Below are positions 56,016 to 64,000 of a stretch of 64,000 nucleotides of DNA, one piece after another. Under the pieces are notes generated by a model that was not told where the DNA came from, ran no database searches, and worked only from the letters and a program-made list of their open reading frames with translations. The position numbers and the translations under genes are program-made. The stretch's first letter is position 1. Every line of letters starts with the position of its first letter. The DNA comes from Pseudogymnoascus verrucosus (taxonomy: Eukaryota), in NCBI GenBank assembly GCA_001662655.1, contig KV460209.1. One strand, 5' to 3'.

Positions 56016-58546
56016 TCACCTCTCAAGTTGCATGCTCTTGGTCCTCGTGTCTCCAGCAATCTTCGTCGCTTGCTGGAGACGTTTGATCTTTTCCATCGCC
56101 TCCTTGCGAGAAATAACCACAAACTCATCTTCCCCTCCTAATATATCAACTTGCTCCTTGTGGAGAGTAAGCACATACTCGTCGGACAAACCGAGGATGA
56201 GCCCTTTGGGATCCTTGAGGAATTCCTCCACAAGGCGATGGATGTCCGTTTTGAACGTTTCGAGGGCAACCTAAAGCATTGTTAATTATCTGTCAAGGGT
56301 TGGGAAAGTCCATATAGAGGAAGATAGTCACCTCATAATACGCCTTCAACAAGTCGTGAATCTCATCTTCGGTGTTTCGGGTAGCACGAGGATGGACCTC
56401 GTCGAATAGCTGGTTGAGTCTGTTGGTATCAATAACAACCCAACCACTAGTCAGTTTTAGCATCTCTGGAACCAATTTTGGCACTTCCTTGTCCGCATAG
56501 GCATGGATAAACGACGCAGGTGGATTTTTCTCCCTGTATCGCATGAGAGCGGCAATGAACCTATCACTTTGCGCAATTTTAACTTTAGCCTTAAAGTTTT
56601 CATCGGTCGTTACTAGAGGAAACGTTGAGTTTCTGTGGCAAATGTTGCGTAGTTTGAGAGTTGCGTAGTTTAGAGACTGGGTCTCAAACTCGTCGATAGT
56701 GTTCTTCAGCTCGCTTGCGGTATGATGGGGAACTGCAAACTCGGAAAAAGCATAATCAAGAATCAATAAAGAAACCTTCTTGCTCATTTTCACTACCTCT
56801 TCCAAGTATGCCTGCCCGAAAGCTTCCCACTTGCTAGTCTGCTGGGTAAAGAGAGGTCTCATCACGGCTGGGTTTGTCATACTGTTGAGCTCTTCTCCTC
56901 GATTTTCCGCAATCTGGGTTCGGATCTCCTTGTACAAATCGTTAGGATCAACCGTACTTTCACTGACACTTACGTCGGCAAAATTATGAAGATGTCCCTT
57001 TAGCTTCATATTATTGGCGAAGCCTTCCATGGCAGTTTTAGTCAACCCGCGCAGCTTCATAGCAGACAAAGGTAACCTTTCAGGGTTCGACAGGGAGTCC
57101 CGAGCCAGTTCTTGGTATCTCCCCACAATCTTTAGGAGATATTCCCGTCGTCTCTCTTGGCTTAGTCTTTCCTCTCCTAGACTTTCCAAATAATCCGTCT
57201 CTTTCGCCAGCAGCTCTTTTATTTTCCTTTGCACCTCTGGAAACGCTGTGCGGATTCGAGAGGAAAGGGTGATTGCAAGAAATTTCTTCAGCGCAGGGGT
57301 ACCACGTTGCTTTGCGGGTATATCAGTCCATGGGTCTCTGCGAAACGTTGCCTTCTCGGCCTCTTCTTGATTAAATGTTGGGGACGGATTTTTAGGCCGA
57401 TTTTGGACCACGAACCAACCATTGTGGAGGCCAATTTCGAGGTTATCTCGAACTATCCGCACAATCTAACCTCGATTTAGTATTTCTCTGCAAACTGGAC
57501 TTTTTCACACTCACATTCTTAGGGTCGGGTGCCTGATCACACTTTGTGAATACTCCTACGACCCGCGAGCTTTCAGCGTGCTTTTTCGCCAGTGTGAATA
57601 TTTGCTGCATTGCTAAATCACCAGTAGCAGGAGCCACACAGCTGATTCGGATTAGCAAAGCACCGCATCGAAAGAAATAGTCACGAACATGATGACGTTC
57701 TCGGGCTTCTTCATATGTGAAGTTACCATGGCAGTGACGCGCTCCATATCTTCGTCGGTCACGGTTTCCGTCAATGCATGGAAGATTCCAGGCACATCCA
57801 ATATGCCAAAGTGGGAACGGGTTGGTCCATGAAGCTCGATTCTAAGGATATCGCTAGAAAAATTGCTCTGCTTCGATCCACGCTGATCTGTGATTCCCAT
57901 ATACTTACTCGCCTATTGAAGTTAGCCTCCGTCAAGAACAGGTCAAAAATACGGCATACCTGTTCCAAAATATCTGCGAAGACCTCTGCAGTTATAGAAT
58001 TCACGTGGGGGTTGAATGGCTCTCTCTGATCGTCGGCCTGACCTCTGAATGGTTCCGAATCGCCCTTTTCGATGGATACTTTCACAAAATCGGAGCTATC
58101 GGGGGCGGATCTTCGCGAGATTATCCGGGTCGCAAATCGAGTGCATAATCCGTCACCTACTGGGAAAGGAATGTCTGTCAAACTCTGAAGTAGAGATGAC
58201 TTTCCAGCAGATTGGCCTCCCACGATTACAAGCTATTGCAAATATAAATCAATCATGTCATAAAAATGTAGTAAAGGGATCTTACCTGTGGAAGATCGAG
58301 GTCGACGGCAGCGCCACACCTTCGCAATTCATCCACGCCATCGAAAAGAATCTTGCTTGCCTCACTACTGAACGGATCTTCCTCTAGTAAAGTTGTAGAT
58401 ACCTCGCCATTGACTTCGCCATCCGAACCACTGTGCTTGTGCTTTGGGATTGCTTTTTGGTTCGAATCCGTATCGACAGATACGGACCCCGAACTTCCAC
58501 CGGGAGTCTGACGATTACCAACAAGAAGAGTATCTGCGCTCTGCAT
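56016..58546 (-). CDS. Dynamin-superfamily GTPase (fungal Mx-like lineage); multi-exon
   Basis: LPQ/LVIVGGQSAGKSS (G1), LCTRFAT (G2), LDVPG (G3), TKCD (G4), GWFVVQNR, and helical middle and GED-like regions. Confidence 0.9.
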
Positions 58547-59600
58547 TGTGGATTATGCTGGTGTTTTGCAAGCTTAAAATGTGACTTGGTTTGGTATTGA
58601 TGTTCTTGTAAGAGGATTAAATCTGGGAAGAAAACGAAAGTTTGAAAGGGCACGCAGATATATATACATAGTTGTTCCCAAAATGAACAGTTTGAACGCA
58701 TTGCCAACGGCAGCATACCTCGACCTACATAGAACTGAAAGTAGAACATACTAAAAGCACACTACTGCGGGAAAACACCCCTTAGGGACCAACACGCTAA
58801 AGTGAAGCATCTAGCTGTTGGTGTTTCATTCTTCAGCAAATCATAGGATGACTTATCGTTGCGGGTCTGCTCCGGAGAAAATAGCGCCTAATACTAGCGC
58901 TTGATTGACGGAGGTTTGTTCTGGGGGTCTCGTAAATGTCACCGGGGCCGGCGACGAAATGTGAGGCCTTCAAACGTTCTACGTGCTGACGTATCTTCAT
59001 GGCATCATTTCCAATGGCTGCTGTCAACATAGCCATGAAACATGTTTACTGTATTCCTGCGTCGCAAATAATCAACGAAAATCAATCAATTAAAACCGTC
59101 AAGGTGATGCGACTTAAAACAATGGATTTGGGTTCGGGCCGCTTCTCGAAAAGGCACATGTTGGACTAACCCCCACCCCCCCCTGTATCCAACCAACATA
59201 TGCAGCCCCCAAACGACGACATGACGCGTCTTGCCAGATGAGGTGAACGCTAAGCCTAGGAGGGCGACCACTATTCCTGAGAATACGGGCTCATTATTTT
59301 TTATATTATATATTTATCTTATATTTACAAATTAAGGGAATGAAATCTATATAATATGAATTAATACATATCACGTGATTCTACTTATACGTAAGCTAAC
59401 TTAGACTACTCAGCTAAGTACGTCCTTAGGCATCTATGCATTAGTTCGTTTACATTGTGCATTCCGGTTAATATCCAAGCATTGGTTTGTTTACATTGTG
59501 TTTCTTGGTAACAACATCGACCACGAATACTCATATCGAATGCGACAACGATTCTACAACCCACAATCTACAATACAGCATCGCGCATTGAAACCTCACG

Positions 59601-61107
59601 ATGTCCTACAATCCACGCATGAGCATGGCTCCCCCCCCATCTCAGCAAAAAAGCCGCGTCACGAAAAAAGAAGAAGAGAGCGATGCGTTTATGCGCCTGG
59701 TAATCCCACCCGCCCCGCGCAATCCATAGAAGTCCAAGAGCTGACAAAATATCCCACAGCCCGACAAGGAAATTGCAGGATGCATCAGCGATATTGGTGT
59801 CCCATTCACTGCCGCCGACCTCCAGAAGCCGAATCCGCTTCAGATCCAACAAATCTTCCAATGGTTCGCCGAGCTGCTCATGAACGCGACCCACGACACC
59901 ATCGGGCCTGCGATGCGCGCGGCCGCTGAGGATGTTTGCGGCGAGTACATGGATGTGGTTCCGTCGGATGTGCGCAACTTGATGGGCTTCTATATGTCGC
60001 TCCGCAAGCTGCTGCTGGAGTGCGGGGTGCACGACTTCTCGTTCCAGGACCTCCAGAAGCCGACACACGAGCGCCTGAGCAAGATCTTCAGCTACATTAT
60101 CAATTTTGTGCGCTTCAGGGAGAGTCAGACGGGCGTCATCGATGAACATTTCAACAAGGCTGAGACGACGAAAGGGAGGATCGAGACGCTGTATATGGAG
60201 AACCAGGAGATGGAGGCGCGACTGGAGGAGATGAGGAGAAATCGGAAAGCGATGGAAAGTCATGTTTCGGAGAAGGTGAAGCGCAACCAGGAGTTGAAAC
60301 AGAGATTAAGGGCGCTCCAGGTCAGCCAGACGGAAGTTATGGCAAGATACGACGGGCTTCAGAAGAAGAAGGACGAGTTGACACATGTCCTGGAAGACAA
60401 GACGGCGACGGCAATTAATCTGAGGCAGGAGAGCGGGAAGTTGAGGCCATATGTGTTGCAGAGCCCTGCGGCACTGCAGGCTACACTGACGGATCTGGGA
60501 GCGTCACTGAGCAACGAAAAGGCACATATCGACAGCCTTGACCGCCGCGCAAGAGCACTCCAGACTAGCACCGACACCTTTGGCGTCGTATCAACAGATG
60601 TCGCCTCTGTGTCGAAGATCCTTGAAGAGACGGCAGCGGAGCTACAGAAGGAGGATGAGGAGAACGTCAAAAACTCGCGGCAGCGTGATGCGCTGTCGGA
60701 GCGCGGGAATAACGTGCGTGAGGTCGAGCGCGAAGAGTCGCTTCTTAGGAGGCAGCTGGCGAAGTACAACGAGCGCACAGAGAAACTGCGTGAGGGGAGT
60801 CGGGAGAAGGCTCAGGCGGCGAAAGAGAGGATGGAGGAGTTGAGGGCGGTGCATAGGACGCTGACGGAGGAGAGGGGAGACAAGGGACGGGAGATGGAGA
60901 GGAGGAGGGTGAGGATCGAACAGACTGAGAAGAAGGTATGTTCATCTTTGTATTTCTGGGACTTAATGAGATTTGACGCTAACTGTCGCATAGATGGTGG
61001 ATCTGAAGGAGAACATCGAGAACGAGATACACACAGCGCACGACGAATTCTTGAAGATGGATTCGCACATCAAGCTGTACATCACGGAGATGGAGCAGTC
61101 GTTGTAG
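59601..61107 (+). CDS. NUF2: Kinetochore NDC80-complex subunit Nuf2; 3 exons
   Basis: [36 protein letters not shown], a long coiled coil, and C-terminus [13 protein letters not shown]. Confidence 0.95.
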
Positions 61108-61604
61108 AATGTTGGTCTATTCGGAGAGATGATTGGGGATAGGTATAAACACGGGATTGGGCGGCGTTTCGGGGAGCGTAATGTGCTGGGAATACCTCTG
61201 GATACTGGTGTTGCTTACGATGCAGGTTGGGGGGATTGCGTGATACCTTGTTAAAGTTGAATGATAATGAATAAATGGACTTGTTTTTGCAACAGTAGTC
61301 CTCATGTGGAAGTTAATGAATGGTGTCTGACTGAAGGTAAATTGATTTTGGAAACTGAATATCACTTTGTCTAACTGAGAATCTGGGAAGGTGTTTTAAA
61401 CGTTGGCTTTGCCACAAAGCTTTTTTGGCGGGGCTGACGTGAGATACGCATCCCTGCATCTGCTTCCTTCCACGATCAACAACAATCCCCATCTCTCTGC
61501 CATTGTCCAACTGCCACCATCTCGAAACCGTTCACTCGTCTACTAAGAGTATAATATCATACTCTAACGCCGTTAACTCTCCATCTCCGCGCCAACCACC
61601 CACA

Positions 61605-61988
61605 ATGTTCTCCCTCCGCCACCTTCCCCCTCTGGTCGTGGCTACTGGGATGGGCCTCGGTGGGACTATGCCATTCTTCAGTCCCTCCCGCGCAATGACG
61701 ACCTTCGGGCTTCCCCCCTCTCTGGCCGATAACCCAGCCGCTCAGGTCCTCATGACCATCATGGCCGGCCGCAACGTCGCGCTCGGGGCCGCGATCTGGC
61801 TGCTGTACCTGCAGGGGGAGCTGGGATCCGTGGACACGGTGCTGGGGTGCGTAGGGATTGTAGGGCTGGTGGATGGATGGGTGTGTTGGAGAGAAGGGGT
61901 CACTGGGACTGCGTGGTTTAGATTTGCTAATGGGCTGTTTTTTGGGGGGTGGGGGGTCTTAGGGATGACGGCTGGGAGGGGGAGGTAG
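61605..61988 (+). CDS. Small integral membrane protein (DUF4267-like)
   Basis: About 127 aa with four hydrophobic segments and the pattern FGLP...GRNVALG...DGWVCW. Confidence 0.7.
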   Translation: MFSLRHLPPLVVATGMGLGGTMPFFSPSRAMTTFGLPPSLADNPAAQVLMTIMAGRNVALGAAIWLLYLQGELGSVDTVLGCVGIVGLVDGWVCWREGVTGTAWFRFANGLFFGGWGVLGMTAGRGR

Positions 61989-62137
61989 GGTAACTGAGAA
62001 TCGGAGAATATAGCTAGGCGACTGAGAATGGGAGTATCTAGCTAGGCGACTGGGAATCAGGGAATCTAGCTTAGGGACTAAGAATGGGAGTATCTAGCTA
62101 GGCGACTGAGAATTAGGGAATATAGCTAGGTGACTAT
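61989..62137. repeat. 28-bp minisatellite x5
   Basis: GGCGACTGAGAATGGGAGTATCTAGCTA-like contiguous units. Confidence 0.85.
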
Positions 62138-62358
62138 AGGGTTTAAGGGCACGTTTAGAAGCTAGGCTTTGCTATGCGTGTAAATAATATTTAGGTTATT
62201 AGAGACGGTCTTAGACTTCGGTCATTTTGCGTAAAACTGCCTTCATTTTAGTTTACTAGTTGTTATTAGTCTATACTCCTACTTTAGTAATTAATTAAAA
62301 GCTTTTACATTTCAAATTCTAATAAATTTAAATATAACAATAGCGTTTATATGGCATG

Positions 62359-63478
62359 TCATATTCTATCTGCCTTGTCCGAATATACGAGCCAGTTAGC
62401 CGCCACGCCTCCCCATATGATGCCTCGTGACTTACCACGATGAGAACAGCGGGAATTCCGTTTATTCCAATAACCGCTTGCGCAGGCGTTGAGGCCCTCC
62501 AGGAGATAACAACCGAAAACAGTCGAACAATTGAAGCTTGGGCGCTCAGCATCTTTGCAGATACTATCTTGTAAAATCCCACACGCTGCAGACAATAGAC
62601 CGTTTGCGCGTTGGCCGTTTGTGAGCGAGAACGATCCATCTGACTCGCGGGGTAGTTCTCTCTCGCTGATAAACAGGACGGCTTCGCGAATCGTAATGAG
62701 TCTCCATGCCTCCGGGACTTCGATTACCAAGTGAAAACGTCTAATGATCTCAGGAACGTCCAAGTAGCGTTCATTAATCTCGAGTTGCGCTGGGGGCGAG
62801 GGCATGACTGGAGGATGATCATCACGATCACTTCCAACAGATGTACGTATGGCAGCCCAACATAAATCCCCTTCGATTTATGATGGTGCTTCTGATCACC
62901 ATCGAGTGCCGAGATTGAAGCTGGGGCAAGAGAGTCTTGTCCCAGCAGCAGCTTACCTTGCGCGGAATTGCCGCCATATACGACTCCATCAAGTCGTCCA
63001 CCGAGACGCGGCAGAGCGAGAACCAAAAGCTGTAGCTTATTGGATATCTCGACCTCTGCCCTTGTCGTGTTGGATCATATTTGATCACTTGGGCAAACTC
63101 CTTCAAGCCCGCGATTGCCATAAGCATACGGCGCCGGAAGAGTGCCTTGCATCTGTCATCCGACATTTGCTGGGCTGGTGCCATGTGAGAAGCTGCTGGT
63201 GGATTCGCGCCACCTTCCACAGCTATCTCGGCACCACCGCCACTGGTGGCGATCTCGTCGCTCGACGACGATGGACCAGCATCAGCTTCTCCATCATCGT
63301 CGTCACCAGAGCCTTCATCGTCGTCGGGACCGGGAATGAAATATCCATCCCTGTCGTCCCCGATGGCATCTCCGAAGGCGACCTCGTCTCCGTCGAGGAT
63401 GGCGAGTATTTCGTCTTCGTCCACCTCCTCTGCCACATCCGCAGCTCGGGAAGGATCGGTGGAGGCATCGGCTGGCAT
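62359..63478 (-). other. Hypothetical or degraded gene with a very acidic N-terminus, continued in shifted frames
   Basis: The D/E-rich ORF 62828-63478 is followed by ORF 62359-62805 in another frame. I found no convincing intron joining them. Confidence 0.35.
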
Positions 63479-63584
63479 GGACTGACGCTGGTCATCAACC
63501 TCGTCGCCGGCGATTTGTAGATTTTAGACTTTAGTAGATTTATATATATTGATAATGTCTGTACGGAATATTCTATTTTATAAG

Positions 63585-63920
63585 CACTGAAAGCAAAATT
63601 ATAATGTTGAGACGCTGTGCAGCAACGCTCAATTTTCAGTTATCATAACTAGGTCAGGTGGGCACGAAGAAGATCGCAAAGCTTTTGTCTCTTTTAACAT
63701 CATCGTCAATCGCGAAGAGAACAGCAATTTATAATAAATATTGTCTATTAAGCGCCTATTTGGCATATTCTCATTCATAGACACTGAAAGCAAACCCACA
63801 ATGCCTGAGGCGCTGTGCGACCAATCACGATTTTCAGTGCCTCACTCACTGAGGTCACGTGGACAGTTCCTCACAAACGACCCCATCACCACAAATATCA
63901 TCAATCACAAAGAGAACAAA
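63585..63920. repeat. Old diverged approx. 197-bp tandem duplication
   Basis: CACTGAAAGCAAA...AATG..GAG.CGCTGTGC...ATTTTCAGT...TCAATC.C.AAGAGAACA occurs at about 63585 and about 63782. Confidence 0.6.
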
Positions 63921-64000
63921 CAACAAACGAATTCAGAACAAACATGGTCTATTATGATCTATGTTCTATCCATAAAAACTCAGGTTCCACCGCGCAAACC

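Noticed and set aside
14000..59000. Starship giant transposon carrying the cluster
   Set aside because: No tyrosine-recombinase captain gene or recognisable Starship boundary is visible in the window. The cargo-like content alone is insufficient.
61989..62137. CRISPR-like array (also considered for 50962-51186 and 14347-14483)
   Set aside because: The units are contiguous with no unique spacers, there are no cas genes, and the context is eukaryotic. These are minisatellites.

Overview
Intron-containing DNA from a filamentous ascomycete. Introns are GT-AG with CTAAC/CTGAC branch sites, and transposon relics carry RIP-type C:G->T:A damage. The left end (1-11 kb) and the right end (about 54.7-62 kb) hold mostly ordinary genes: a broken MFS transporter, D-amino acid oxidase, an OTU deubiquitinase, thioredoxin, a disordered 860-aa protein, a frameshifted POF1-like nucleotidyltransferase, an Mx-like dynamin, NUF2 and a small membrane protein. 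The centre (17.0-41.9 kb) is a compact 10-gene metabolic cluster bracketed by AT-rich transposon debris. It encodes a Zn2Cys6 regulator, an SDR, a DAS-like transketolase with an altered acceptor loop (GEDGP -> GQNGQ), a sorbitol/L-idonate-type dehydrogenase, a BVMO, a phosphatase-dead 6-phosphofructo-2-kinase, an SSADH-like ALDH, a tartrate dehydrogenase, a GAR1-like uronate reductase and a sugar porter. All five enzyme promoter regions carry CGG-N10-CCG sites, with near-matches upstream of the transporter and the regulator. My main inference is that the cluster is a co-regulated pathway degrading a hexuronate/5-keto-hexonate by transketolase C4/C2 cleavage through tartrate semialdehyde and tartrate. 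This is the chemistry proposed for plant tartrate biosynthesis, extended into catabolism. Also present: nested hAT and pogo elements, a complete Ginger2/TDD-like element with TIRs and a 4-bp TSD, two secreted cysteine-rich proteins and a nested palindrome. All family assignments come from motif recognition by eye; no searches were run.
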